A stretch of DNA of 64,000 nucleotides from an uncultured bacterium (GTDB lineage Bacteria; Omnitrophota; Omnitrophia; Omnitrophales; Abzuiibacteriaceae): contig CAYLXA010000001.1 of the NCBI GenBank assembly GCA_964387845.1, positions 128,001 through 192,000 of the forward strand. Direction: 5' to 3'. The notes beneath the pieces were generated by a model. The model did not search any database and was not told the DNA's origin. It was given only the letters and a program-made list of their open reading frames with translations. Position 1 is the first letter of the stretch. The number at the start of each line of letters is the position of its first letter. Both the position numbers and the translations under genes were made by a program. This document shows positions 28,208 through 38,900 of this stretch, piece by piece.

Positions 28208-29848
28208 ATGCCTTTCATGAAATTTTTAAAAGTTTTCTCTTTTTTTCTTCTATTTAATGTTATTTCATTTTCTCTCAATGTTGGCGCCGATTCAATTCCG
28301 GACTTATTTCAAAATTACTCCGCCCCTCATTTTAAAGCTCCAGATTATTTAACTTACTCCGAGCTTGTCCGATTCTCTGAAAATCCAAAGCCAACCAAGG
28401 AATTAGAGAAAAAGCTTGATGCCATTCTCCGCACTCCATTTGTTAGCAACGAAGCATTTTATGAAGGAAAGCGTCCTCATCGTCCTTCGCGCGCCGATTT
28501 TGGGCCGTACTTACGCGCGGTTTCATGGAACATTGAAAAATCATACCGGATTCCGGAAGCTATCACCGCGTTTACAAGCGCAACTGGCTACGTAGAACTT
28601 ATCAATCAAAAAAAATTTCCACCGGGATCCAAGAAGTTTCACCGGGCTTTCGTCGAAAGAGATTTATTGAAAGAAGTGGATCTTGCGATTCTGCAGGAGA
28701 TGGAAGTGGGTATTAAGCGTTCGGGTTATCGTGATGCAGCGCGGGAAATGGCGCAAGCAATGGGAATGAATTACGCTTATGCCGTGCAGTATTTGGAGGT
28801 GGATCCCGTGCAGCTTGGCAAAGAAAGAATCTATTATGAGGAAGGTGGTGTTGATACGGAGCTGGAAGAATATTACCGGGTGGATCCAGAAAAATATAAA
28901 GGACTTTTCGGCTCAGCCGTTTTGTCGCGTTATCCGATTAAGTTTGTAGAAGTCATTCCTCTGAAAAATCAAGGTTACGATTGGTATCGCCAGGAGAAAA
29001 ATAAGACCACGTTCTTAGAGAAAGCCAGGCGCTTTGGCGCCAAAACCGTCTTTCTAAGTCATATGCACCGCGAAATAAAACTGGGCGGCCGCCATTATTT
29101 CCGCGTGGATTTGCACGTGCCCGGGCTTCCGAATGATACGCTCACTGTGATTAACATTCACCTAGAGATCAAATGTTTGCCCAAGGCACGCGAAGAGCAG
29201 ATGAGAGAAATTTTATCTTATATGGAGAAAATCAATAATCCCGTCATCATGGCTGGCGATTTTAATTCAGCGCCGTCTGATTTATCGCCTACTTCAACCA
29301 TTCGTGTGATTAAAAGAACGGCGACTGACCCGGAATTTTGGCTTTCGGTTGCGATTCGAGTAGCGCTTCAAGAAGCTCTTTTGATTAATGGCCTGCGTTC
29401 TATTTCTAATATCACTAAGAATTATCAAAATCCTCCCGCCATACATATCCCGTGGATTATGCCAAACAAAGTGAGGGGGCTTTTTAAAACCATCCGCGAT
29501 TTTCGATTTGAAGACGGAGGTGCTTTTGATTTTCGAGGCGATCCAGAGCGTTCGGCTAACGATCACGGTTATTTATCTAATTCCAACGAAATGGATTTTT
29601 GGAAGTATAAAGTCACGTTCCGCACACGAAGAACCATTGCACATTTGGTCGGCAAATTCCGGCTCGATTGGGTATTCGTGAAAGCATTTCTGAAGGAACC
29701 GTTTGATAAGAGCGGTTCTTATCGTTTTGCGCCTCACTTCGGTAGAACGCTCAATCATTTCAACGATGTTTTGCGCACACGCATTTCTGATCATGATCCT
29801 AACGTAGTCGATTTATTTTTTGAGGAACCATTACGGGTTACGCTTTAA
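28208..29848 (+). CDS. secreted endonuclease/exonuclease/phosphatase (EEP) family protein
   Basis: Signal peptide. EEP-type blocks (VSWNIEK, MAGDFNSAPSD, ISDHDP). 546 aa. Confidence 0.65.
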   Translation: MPFMKFLKVFSFFLLFNVISFSLNVGADSIPDLFQNYSAPHFKAPDYLTYSELVRFSENPKPTKELEKKLDAILRTPFVSNEAFYEGKRPHRPSRADFGPYLRAVSWNIEKSYRIPEAITAFTSATGYVELINQKKFPPGSKKFHRAFVERDLLKEVDLAILQEMEVGIKRSGYRDAAREMAQAMGMNYAYAVQYLEVDPVQLGKERIYYEEGGVDTELEEYYRVDPEKYKGLFGSAVLSRYPIKFVEVIPLKNQGYDWYRQEKNKTTFLEKARRFGAKTVFLSHMHREIKLGGRHYFRVDLHVPGLPNDTLTVINIHLEIKCLPKAREEQMREILSYMEKINNPVIMAGDFNSAPSDLSPTSTIRVIKRTATDPEFWLSVAIRVALQEALLINGLRSISNITKNYQNPPAIHIPWIMPNKVRGLFKTIRDFRFEDGGAFDFRGDPERSANDHGYLSNSNEMDFWKYKVTFRTRRTIAHLVGKFRLDWVFVKAFLKEPFDKSGSYRFAPHFGRTLNHFNDVLRTRISDHDPNVVDLFFEEPLRVTL

Positions 29849-30068
29849 TAGCTGTTCAGAATAATTAGAAATGACGGAGAACCGTTCTCTGTTTCGTTAA
29901 CGTGTCATGTGTCCGGTATATTGTGTAAACCATGCGTCAGTAAGTTCAGCGTTCTTTAGAATGTTCCAAGTGAATATTAATCAAAAACGAGCATCGCTCC
30001 AGGAGGCCGAAGGCTAACGCGGAGCTACCCGATTACTTCTTTCAAATATTCCAAGCGTTTATTCAACC

Positions 30069-30617
30069 ATGCTCATCGCCTTTTACAAACCTTACGGCGT
30101 CATTTCACAATTTACGCCCGAACAACCGGGCCAGCGGACACTCGCGGAATTCGGATTTCCGAAAAACGTGTATCCGATCGGCCGCCTCGACCTTGACTCC
30201 GAAGGCCTTTTGCTTCTCTCTGATGAAAAAGAGCTCGTCGACCGCCTGCTCAACCCCAAACATGAACATGAGCGGACTTATCACATCCAAGTCGAGGGTA
30301 TTGTCACGCCGGAAGCGCTTCTGAAATTACAAAAAGGCGTCGTGATTCAAGGTTATAAAACCAAGCCCTGCAAAGCCCGAAAAATCGAAGACCCAGAATA
30401 TCCCGAGCGCAATCCGCCGATCCGTTTTCGAAAAACAATTCCGACTTCGTGGATCGAAATCAAATTAATCGAAGGCAAAAACCGGCAAGTCCGCCGCATG
30501 ACCGCCGCCGTCGGCTTCCCCACGTTGCGCCTCATCCGCACCGCAATCGGCCCCATGACGCTCCACGGCCTCCGCGAATCCGCCTGGCGCGAGCTTTCTT
30601 CCTATAATCTAACTTAA
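30069..30617 (+). CDS. rluE: rRNA pseudouridine synthase (RsuA/RluE family)
   Basis: 182 aa. YKPYGVISQF and GRLDLDSEGLLLLSD catalytic-Asp block. Confidence 0.65.
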   Translation: MLIAFYKPYGVISQFTPEQPGQRTLAEFGFPKNVYPIGRLDLDSEGLLLLSDEKELVDRLLNPKHEHERTYHIQVEGIVTPEALLKLQKGVVIQGYKTKPCKARKIEDPEYPERNPPIRFRKTIPTSWIEIKLIEGKNRQVRRMTAAVGFPTLRLIRTAIGPMTLHGLRESAWRELSSYNLT

Positions 30618-30647
30618 GCTTGGTGAGAATAGCTTGCCTCCGGAACC

Positions 30648-30681
30648 GGCGGTCTTGACGCTCCTGCGGCGTCAAGCCGCC
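30648..30681. other. strong GC hairpin (13-bp stem, 1 bulge, 7-nt loop)
   Basis: ggcggTcttgacgc-tcctgcg-gcgtcaagccgcc. It sits ~30 nt after the rluE stop and is not followed by a T-run. Confidence 0.5.
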
Positions 30682-31016
30682 TGCACACTCACCGCTCGGA
30701 CTGCCAGCGAATAACGCGGCAGGGCCAAGCTCCTCGCGGTTCCGTGAGGCGCCCTTTTTTGCTTAGCCCAGTCGGTCTTATTCGCCAACGTTCGACGAGA
30801 AAGGTTCTCAGAAGGCATGTCTCGGAGCCGTTTGGAGCTTGGTCCTGCACGTTTATTTATAGCAGGTCCAAACGGCGAGAGCCAAGGCACCAAGCCGTCG
30901 CAGGAACGGCTCGAGTGCCGGTGCCGGATGAGAAGCCTTTCTTGGCGAGCGTTGGCGAAAGTATGCAATATAATTTTCGGTTGACGAACGGGAGAAGGAT
31001 CGCTAAGGTGTTTCGC

Positions 31017-31574
31017 ATGAAATTTACGCCGCTGGAAATTCCGGATGTGATTTTGATTGAGCCGAAAGTATCGGAAGATGCGCGCGGTTTTTTTATCGAG
31101 TATTACCGCGAAGATCTTTTCATCCAACACGGAATCCGCACAAAGTTTGTGCAAGACAACCACAGCCGTTCATTTAAAGGTGTCGTTCGCGGCCTGCATT
31201 ATCAGATCGAGCCCAAAGCGCAGGCCAAATTCATGCGCGTCGTTCGCGGTTCAGTGTTTGACGTTTGTGTTGATATCCGGCCGGGCTCTAAAACGTTCGG
31301 AAAATCGGTTGCGATCGAACTCAGCGCCAATAATAGGAAAATGCTTTACATTCCCGAAGGTTTCGCGCACGGCTTCTGCGTTTTAGAAGACGGGACGGAA
31401 TTTTTCTATAAAGTATCCAACTTTTACTCGCCCGAAGATGAGCGCGGAATTTTGTGGAATGATCCGGCGCTTGGCATCAATTGGCCCAAATTGGATATTC
31501 CCTACCAACTTTCCAAAAAAGACCAGGCCAATCCTACCTTCAAAGAAGTTTTTGGGAAATTACTGCGGAAATAA
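31017..31574 (+). CDS. rfbC: dTDP-4-dehydrorhamnose 3,5-epimerase
   Basis: MKFTPLEIPDVILIEP...RGLHYQ...GSKTFGK, the typical RmlC sequence. The longer ORF from 30744 is a GC-rich non-coding extension. Confidence 0.85.
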   Translation: MKFTPLEIPDVILIEPKVSEDARGFFIEYYREDLFIQHGIRTKFVQDNHSRSFKGVVRGLHYQIEPKAQAKFMRVVRGSVFDVCVDIRPGSKTFGKSVAIELSANNRKMLYIPEGFAHGFCVLEDGTEFFYKVSNFYSPEDERGILWNDPALGINWPKLDIPYQLSKKDQANPTFKEVFGKLLRK

Positions 31575-31578
31575 AAAA

Positions 31579-32442
31579 TTAATCGGCAGCTAACTGATTG
31601 AGGTAATCGGTGTAGCTGGTTTTGAAAGCACCGGCGGCTTTTTTGATCTCGGCCTTCGATATAAAACCCATGCGGTAAGCCACTTCTTCGATGTTGCCGA
31701 CTTGAAATCCCTGCCGCTCTTCGATGGTTTTGATAAACATGGAAGCTTCAAGCAGCGAATCGTAAGTGCCCGTATCGAGCCAGGCAAACCCCCGGCCCAA
31801 AGTTTCTACTTTTAATTTCTTCTGTTGAAGATATGCGGTGATTACATCCGAAATTTCAAGTTCCGCGCGCGCCGACGGCTTTATTTTCTTGGCAATATCA
31901 ATGACCTGATTGTCAAAAAAATAAAGCCCTGTGACCGCCCAATTGGTTTTCGGATTTTTGGGTTTTTCTTCGATTGAAAGGGCGTTTCCGGCCTTATCGA
32001 AATCAATAACGCCGTATCGTTCGGGGTCTTTGACGTTATAAGCAAAAATCGTGGCGCCTTCTTTCTGCTGCGCGGCTTTCTGCAGCAATTTGCTCAAACC
32101 CGGACCGAAGAAAATATTGTCGCCGAGCACAAGGCATACGCTGTCTTTTCCGATGAATTTCTCACCAACCAGAAAAGCATCCGCCAAGCCGCGCGGTTTT
32201 TCTTGTTCCGCATACGTTAATTGAATGCCAAGATCTCTGCCGTTGCCTAAGAGTGTTTTAAAATGCGGAAGCGCTTCGGATGTGGAAATAATCAAAATAT
32301 CCTTAATACCTGAAAGCATCAGGACCGATAGAGGGTAATACACCATCGGCTTGTTGTAAACCGGGAGAAGCTGTTTGCAGATTCCTTTGGTGATGGGATA
32401 AAGCCGCGTTGCTCTACCTCCTGCAAGAATAATACCCTTCAT
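31579..32442 (-). CDS. rfbA: glucose-1-phosphate thymidylyltransferase
   Basis: [39 protein letters not shown], the canonical RmlA N-terminus. 287 aa. Confidence 0.9.
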   Translation of the reverse strand: MKGIILAGGRATRLYPITKGICKQLLPVYNKPMVYYPLSVLMLSGIKDILIISTSEALPHFKTLLGNGRDLGIQLTYAEQEKPRGLADAFLVGEKFIGKDSVCLVLGDNIFFGPGLSKLLQKAAQQKEGATIFAYNVKDPERYGVIDFDKAGNALSIEEKPKNPKTNWAVTGLYFFDNQVIDIAKKIKPSARAELEISDVITAYLQQKKLKVETLGRGFAWLDTGTYDSLLEASMFIKTIEERQGFQVGNIEEVAYRMGFISKAEIKKAAGAFKTSYTDYLNQLAAD

Positions 32443-32447
32443 AAAAT

Positions 32448-33380
32448 CTATTCACTCTTACCAAACGGAAGTTTAAGCTTGTCTTTGAGTTCGCCCGCAG
32501 CACCGGCCAAATCTTTGACAGCATCTTTCGCAGTGCTCGTCACGGCGCCCGCGGTTTCTTTTGCCGTTCCGCCGACAGCGCCTGCTGTTTTCTTAAGGCT
32601 TTCAGGCGCCGAGCCAACCAATTCTTTCGCAGCTTTTGCTTGTTCACCGATCAAGGCCTGCCCCTTCAAAATCGCATCCGCCGCCACTTTTTGCGATGTG
32701 GCCAGCGTATCGGCAACGGATGACTGTAGTGCGCCCAAATCAATGTCCGTGAGCGACGCAATGGTTGTATTCATGAGCGCTTTTGCGACAATCAAACTCA
32801 CAACCGCAGCCGGGTTTTCTATGTTGGTATAAGATTCATTTAAATTTAATTTAAATTCCTTAACGGAAGGCGCATTAATCCGGGCAGTGTAGTCTTTATA
32901 AACCACCTTCTCGACCCGAAGTAAAAGCTTGTCAATTTGGATCGCGGGCGCCTTTCCGGCTTCCTTTGGTTTTTCTGCAGCGGGCCCACCTTTTTTCTTA
33001 GCCTGAGGCGGGATTAATTTGTTGATATTCACTTCGCCGCTTTTATTTTTAATCACTACCAATTCTTTTAAATGGACCCGGATCTCCGGCAAATGCACCT
33101 TGCCTTGAAACAAAGGTTCAATTTGATAAGCAACAAAAAATTCGGGCAAATCAACCATTACCGGATCTTGAAATCCGTCCGGATTATGGAGCCGCAGATT
33201 TTTGATGCCAACCGAGGGGCTCGCGCCGACGCCGATATTTAAATCGGCAATGCTTAGTTTGACGCCCGTCACCAAATGAACGCCTGTTTCGATTGCGGCT
33301 TTGGCAATCAAATTACGGCCGATAAAAAGGCCGATCAAAATAATAAAAACAAAAAGGATAAATTTTAAAAAACTTTTCAT
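32448..33380 (-). CDS. hypothetical secreted/anchored protein with an Ala/Lys-rich C-terminal low-complexity region
   Basis: Start placed at [18 protein letters not shown] (33380), where GGAGA sits 5 nt upstream. The longer ORF start would overlap mscS. Confidence 0.55.
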   Translation of the reverse strand: MKSFLKFILFVFIILIGLFIGRNLIAKAAIETGVHLVTGVKLSIADLNIGVGASPSVGIKNLRLHNPDGFQDPVMVDLPEFFVAYQIEPLFQGKVHLPEIRVHLKELVVIKNKSGEVNINKLIPPQAKKKGGPAAEKPKEAGKAPAIQIDKLLLRVEKVVYKDYTARINAPSVKEFKLNLNESYTNIENPAAVVSLIVAKALMNTTIASLTDIDLGALQSSVADTLATSQKVAADAILKGQALIGEQAKAAKELVGSAPESLKKTAGAVGGTAKETAGAVTSTAKDAVKDLAGAAGELKDKLKLPFGKSE

Positions 33381-33394
33381 GACTGTCTCCTCAA

Positions 33395-34228
33395 TTATGC
33401 CACTGCGGTTTGCGAAACAATATGAACGTCTCTTTGCGGAAACGGTATTTCGACACCATCTCTTTTGAAAGTCCGGTAAACTGCCAAATTGACGGCAGCA
33501 ACGGTAGACGGGTACTGATCGGCACGCGCCCAATAACGGTAGCCAATATTAACGGAAGAATCGCCAAATTCTTTGATCCCTACCTGGGGAGCAGGTGCTT
33601 GGACCACGTTCGGATTTTGTTTCAGCACTTCCTGGATAATCGCAATTGCCTTTTCGGGATCGCTCGCGTAACTAATACCCACGATCGAATTGGAAATTTT
33701 GTTGGTGAATGAATTGTAAACAATTTCACCGACCATGTGTTTGTTGGGGATGGTAATTCGCGCGCCGTCTGCATTCACCAAAATCGTACATGGCAATTTA
33801 ATGTCCTGCACCGTGCCGGTGACATCTTTCACCGTAATCGTGTCGCCTATTGCAAACGGTCGTGCAAAAATGATGGCCAGTCCGGCCGCATAATTGGAAA
33901 GCGTGCCTTGAATTGCAAAACTCGCACCGAAGAGCGCGGCGCTCAAAGCCGCTACGAGCGGCGTAATTGTAATACCGATTTTACCGAGCGCAACGATAAC
34001 GGCAAATGCGATGACTATTAATTTGAAAATACCCGACAAAAATCGCGCAAGCGCCAAATCTACTTTCTTTTTCTCGAAAAGGCCAAGTGAGAACTTTGCG
34101 GTCCAGTTGGCAACGACAAACCCTGCGATCAATACTAAAATAGCGCCGACAAGTTCAAAGCTGTAATTCACTACGAACTCGATACTAGTATCGATTAACT
34201 TCTGAACGGCTGAAATTTCTTCCGACAT
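33395..34228 (-). CDS. mscS: small-conductance mechanosensitive channel (MscS family)
   Basis: Three TM helices plus an MscS beta-domain pattern (GDTITVKDVTGTVQDIKL...). Confidence 0.8.
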   Translation of the reverse strand: MSEEISAVQKLIDTSIEFVVNYSFELVGAILVLIAGFVVANWTAKFSLGLFEKKKVDLALARFLSGIFKLIVIAFAVIVALGKIGITITPLVAALSAALFGASFAIQGTLSNYAAGLAIIFARPFAIGDTITVKDVTGTVQDIKLPCTILVNADGARITIPNKHMVGEIVYNSFTNKISNSIVGISYASDPEKAIAIIQEVLKQNPNVVQAPAPQVGIKEFGDSSVNIGYRYWARADQYPSTVAAVNLAVYRTFKRDGVEIPFPQRDVHIVSQTAVA

Positions 34229-34325
34229 GGGCTTCTCCTTAAGTAGGGCTGTATTTTAACGGTTTACTCCTTATTCTTCTAGCCATTTTTATCTGTCTCC
34301 AAATATATTACAATTATTTATATTT

Positions 34326-34358
34326 ATACTTACAATATACTTACAATTGTGGTATAGT
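34326..34358 (+). promoter_or_regulatory. tandem 11-bp direct repeat ATACTTACAAT x2 forming a sigma70-like promoter (TTACAA-17 nt-TATAGT) 6 nt before the purU ATG
   Basis: Repeats at 34326..34336 and 34337..34347. Putative -35 element at 34330..34335 and -10 element at 34353..34358. There is no Shine-Dalgarno sequence, so the mRNA may be leaderless. Confidence 0.4.
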
Positions 34359-34364
34359 TTATCT

Positions 34365-35444
34365 ATGGGTACAAAAGAGATTATTCTAAAAGAAGTTGAA
34401 TTGAAAGGGTCTGTCAAAACCGCGGATTTGGCCCGAAAAACCGGCATCTCCCGCCAGACCATTGCGCAGCACTTCCGGGACCTCATCAAAGACCGAAAAC
34501 TGATTAAACTGGGTTCTACGCACAACGCAAGTTACCTGCCCTACGTGCCTCAGGCGCCCGTTCCGCTCGCAACCGAAAAAAACGCCAAACAACACACCGC
34601 CACACTTCTCATCCACTGCCCCGACCAAAAAGGGATTGTGGCGGCGGTAACAAAGTTCCTGTTTCAATTCCGGGGAAATATTCTTTACCTGGACCAGCAT
34701 GTGGATTTCGAGAAGAAAGTTTTCTTTATGCGGGTTGAATGGGACCTGCGCGGCTTTCTGATTTCACGAAAAAATATCGGAAAACAATTCGACAGGACTG
34801 TCGGCCGGCATTTCCGCATGAAATGGCAGCTTTACTTTTCCGATGAAATCCCGCGGATGGCAATTTTCGTGTCGACACTGCCGCACTGCCTATACGATAT
34901 TCTCGCGCGCTGCCAATCGGGCGAATGGCGCGTAGAAGTTCCGGTCATCATCAGCAATCATGAATCGTTAAAACCTGTTGCACAGCAATTCGGCATCGAG
35001 TTTCACTATTTCCCCATTACGAAGGCCAATAAAAGCGAGCAGGAAAGGCGTGAAATTGAGCTGTTAAAAAAATTAAAAGTGGATTTTGTTGTGCTTGCCC
35101 GTTATATGCAGATCTTGAGCGATTCTTTCCTCCGTCAATTTCCGGAAAAGATCATCAATATCCATCACTCATTTCTGCCGGCCTTCCCAGGCTCCCGGCC
35201 ATATCATTCGGCTTACGGGCGCGGCGTTAAGATCATCGGCGCCACAAGCCATTATGTTACCGCCAAACTCGATGAAGGCCCGATCATTGAGCAAGACACG
35301 GTTCGCATCAGCCACAAAGACACAATCGATGATTTAATTAGAAAAGGAAGGGATTTGGAAAAACTTGTTTTGGCGCGTGCGGTTTGGCATCATATCCGCC
35401 GCACAATTTTAATCCACGAAAACCGGACGGTTAATTTCGCTTAA
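34365..35444 (+). CDS. purU: formyltetrahydrofolate deformylase with an extra N-terminal winged-HTH domain
   Basis: ACT-like block (TATLLIHCPDQKGIVAAVTKF) plus a formyltransferase block (HHSFLPAFPG, ATSHYV). These are preceded by ~65 aa with KTADLARKTGISRQTIAQHFRDL. An alternative TTG start lies at 34347. Confidence 0.8.
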   Translation: MGTKEIILKEVELKGSVKTADLARKTGISRQTIAQHFRDLIKDRKLIKLGSTHNASYLPYVPQAPVPLATEKNAKQHTATLLIHCPDQKGIVAAVTKFLFQFRGNILYLDQHVDFEKKVFFMRVEWDLRGFLISRKNIGKQFDRTVGRHFRMKWQLYFSDEIPRMAIFVSTLPHCLYDILARCQSGEWRVEVPVIISNHESLKPVAQQFGIEFHYFPITKANKSEQERREIELLKKLKVDFVVLARYMQILSDSFLRQFPEKIINIHHSFLPAFPGSRPYHSAYGRGVKIIGATSHYVTAKLDEGPIIEQDTVRISHKDTIDDLIRKGRDLEKLVLARAVWHHIRRTILIHENRTVNFA

Positions 35445-35932
35445 GACGCGGGTCCTGTCTGCGCAACTTTGTCCTAAAGCTTTGAAGAAGCCCTCCGCTC
35501 AATGGATTCATTGTGAGAAATCTATTCGCTCCGGCATTGGAACACCTTCCGCTGTCCTGCCGCTCAAAACGTCGCAGTCATCGGCTTTCCAATGCCTCCG
35601 CACATGATTGCTCTCTCGCGAATCCAATTCGCTTCGGCGCTTCTTCAAAGCTTTTTGATATTGAGAGACGAAAGCCAAGCTGCTTCTCGGAGCGCCATCA
35701 TGAGGCCGTGATTCCAATCGAATCATGGCCGAATGGGCTGAGTACGACAATTTCTCCCTCAGCGCTTCCTTGAAGATAAATATTCAAGGATCAATTAAGC
35801 GCTGGGGCTGGACTCATTTCTATAAACCGACTGGATCCATTAATGAAAATGAGTCCTGCTTAGGCATGGCGCCTAGAAATTGGCGCACGGAGGAAAGCGG
35901 AGAGAAGCAGGTTGGGCTGAGTCGTGCGTAGA

Positions 35933-38900
35933 TTAGGCTTTGATGATGAGTTCGTGCGCATTTTGGAATTCTGCTCTTAACTCGCTTGAAAACTTGACGA
36001 TATTGAACAATCCTCTGATATCGTCGGCAGAACTTTCATCATCAATAACGCCGCGGTTTTTCATAGCAAGCGCAATCCCCCGGTCCTCTTTTAAGCCAAG
36101 CGCCTGGATAAAACCAACCTGTAGCTTCTTTTTTAAATAATGCGCCGCCTGATCGGGATATTGAAACACTTTCATTCGTTCATCGGCTTGAAAAGAAACG
36201 GCCGCGGCTCCGTCCGAAACCACCGCGACTTCATAACCTTGCGCTTTATAGTAACGCACAAGAAGCGGTGTCACGGTGCCCGCTTCGCGCGTTAAAATAT
36301 CCATCAAAATTACGCCGCGCTTTAAATGGAGATCTTGATTCGAGTCGCCGCTGATTTCAAACGTTCGGTTTAAATAATTTCTAAGTTCCGGCGTTAAAAA
36401 CAACCCCGGATCCGCATCGATTTGCCGCGCGGCTTCTCGCACGCTTGATTCCATAGTTTCTATATGCATCTCGAGCCCGTCAAACGGGTTTAGATGATCA
36501 AATCTTAACTCGGACTTGGCGCCATCACCTTTAACCAAGTAAGTGTAAATTTTCTGAAATTCATGTTCATAGCTTTCGGTAAATTTTTCTTCTTTCTCGG
36601 CCACGCGGCGATAATATTCCGAAGCTTGTCCGGTAACATACTGCCACAAGGTAAAATTTGTCTGATTTTGTTTATTAAAATCAGCCAACTGCTCTGCGTC
36701 TATTTCACCTTGCGCCTCTCCCTGGTGGCGTAGAAAAATCGGTATCTCCGGCCCTAGAAAAACTTCGGGAAAAAGCGCGGCAATTTGCCTGACGATGCTT
36801 AGGAAATCTTGGGACGGATCATTGTCTAAATTCTCTGAAATATCCTGAAGAATTTCTCGGTAGGCTTCCAAACCGAAGGCGTCCACTGGAAAATCATTTT
36901 GCTTAAAAAACTCAGCCCCGTGCGAGGCCGCTGTCTTATTCGGAACAAACAAAAGGCCATTGATCAGCGCGGAACCGTACTCCAATATTTTCTGCCTATT
37001 TTGAACAGGATCTTTTAGAAATTCTTTTAATGAAGGCAAAAACCCTTTGATTAAAATGGGCATCAATTGAATATCCAGTTCATCTGTCCCGATACGGTGA
37101 TCATGCCTTAAGTGCGGGCCCAGGATTCCGAATAAAAGAGCTGCTCCTTGCGCGGATTTTTGCGCAAGCGCCGCAGCGTTATCAAGAAAGACTTGGTCAT
37201 TGTCAGCAAATGACAAAAGTTTTTTAAGCAGCAGGCCGTCAGGTTCGGGAATTACATCATTCAAACGGCCGTCTTCATGCCCCCGCAGTTCGGAACGGTT
37301 TTCAATGGTAATCAAAACCTCTTCCTGTGCGGGGTTTTTGGTTGGAATCACCCTGACCTTAAATTCAAGTGATTCTGAAGCATCGTTCAATACAAATGTC
37401 CCGTAATCGGAACCGGCGCGCTGCCGTTCGATGGCAACATCTTTTGCTATTAACTTCACCAATGTAAAAAAGTGAAGCGCATTTCCGGCAGGTTTGGCAG
37501 TGAAATGCCTGGCAGAAATCTTGCTGTCTGAATCTTTAGACACGATTACGGTAACAACAGCACCGTTACGAATCAACCGCACAGATTTTGCCTGCTTCAA
37601 TTTGAAAACGGGTTTCAGCACATAAGATTGAACCAATTTTGAATAAGGAAGCGGTGTTTCATGGTTGGATGCGATTGACAATAAAAATCGGCCTTGATCC
37701 CGGTTCATGATCCAGAGTGCAAATTGCGCGCCCTTAAGCTCCAACCGTTCCCTTTCGGTCATCGTGCGGCTTTGGGTCAAGCGCTTCATATCCAACTTAT
37801 CAAAGCGCTCCAAGAGCCCATGGAACTTTCCGGGGTCGAGCAGCTCATCCGCGTCAACCTCGGAAAGCACAAGAAGAGTCAGTAAGTGGCCAAGCTGTCT
37901 AAATAACGGGCTTTTATCTCTAAAGTCCTCGAAAAGATTCTTCGCATCTTCAAGCAGGCTGCGGACTTCATCATAGGCAAGGCCAGATGCTGTCAAATAT
38001 CGCATTTTGCCCACCGCGCGCAAAAATTGCCCCTCTTGATCCATGGTTAATCCGACTTTATTTTCGGTTTCTGGATCATCCGGATTGATAATTTCGATGG
38101 GGTCAAGGCCTTCGCGGAAATCTTCCTCTAAAAATTTCTTCAATTCATCCGAACGTTTTCCCATTTCGATTAAAAGCTGGGATAACGCCCTTAATTCGGA
38201 ACGCTGCCCTCCGGCAGAGCCGTTTTGTGCATTATTGCGCTTCTTATAATTTGACACTTCAATAGACAAATCATTGATTTCATTGGCTAACGCTTCAACT
38301 TTAAAAATAAGCTTTCGATTTGGATTTTTTGGATCGGCGAGAATGAACGAGCCGATTTGATCAACATTTCCCCGGTTAATATCGATCTGCTGCGTAAAAA
38401 ATTGCAGTAAGGTTAAAAAATAAAACGCGTCTTGCTTTTCTAATTTGAACTTTTCAGATTTTATGACGTCGCGCTGTGCGTCTGAATCCAGATAGTAAAT
38501 TTCGACTGTATTTGTCTTTTGAACACGTTTGATTTTAATGAAGCCAATATCATCCTCTTTAAATGCCGGGTCTATGATCATTTGCTTTAATAACTGGCCA
38601 ACCTGAAACTGCCTGATCGCCAAATGAATAAAGCGGCCTTGATACTGTCTCATGCCGGCCAACAAGTATTTTGCCGCTGCCGCGATCAGCTTGTCCATCG
38701 GGTCCAGCGGCTGTCCGTTCCGTTCGGAATAATGAAATCTCATAGCTAAGCTGACCAGTTCGTGAAATATGTCGGTTTGAAAATATGTGTTGAGCTTTTC
38801 GGGCGTTCTTGCTAATTCGGTTTGAATTGTTTCGAGCTCACTTCGAAAACCATCGGCTACACTAATGTAGTGATAAGTACCCGCCGCAGAAATAGCTTGT

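Noticed and set aside
30827-30900. Possible SRP (4.5S) RNA. CAGGTCC and AGCCAAGGCA occur with the same 10-nt spacing as in E. coli 4.5S domain IV.
   Set aside because: The GGAA tetraloop and the GGAAGCAGC strand of helix 8 are missing, and the pairing around the candidate apex is poor. The resemblance is treated as chance; the region is only flagged generically as structured.
30744-31016. Long N-terminal extension of the rfbC ORF (276-aa version), and the 163-aa minus-strand ORF 30672..31163.
   Set aside because: The RmlC homology begins exactly at MKFTPLE (31017), which has its own RBS-like purine stretch. The upstream part is GC-rich, full of hairpins and has no protein-like features. The region is treated as non-coding structured RNA or DNA.
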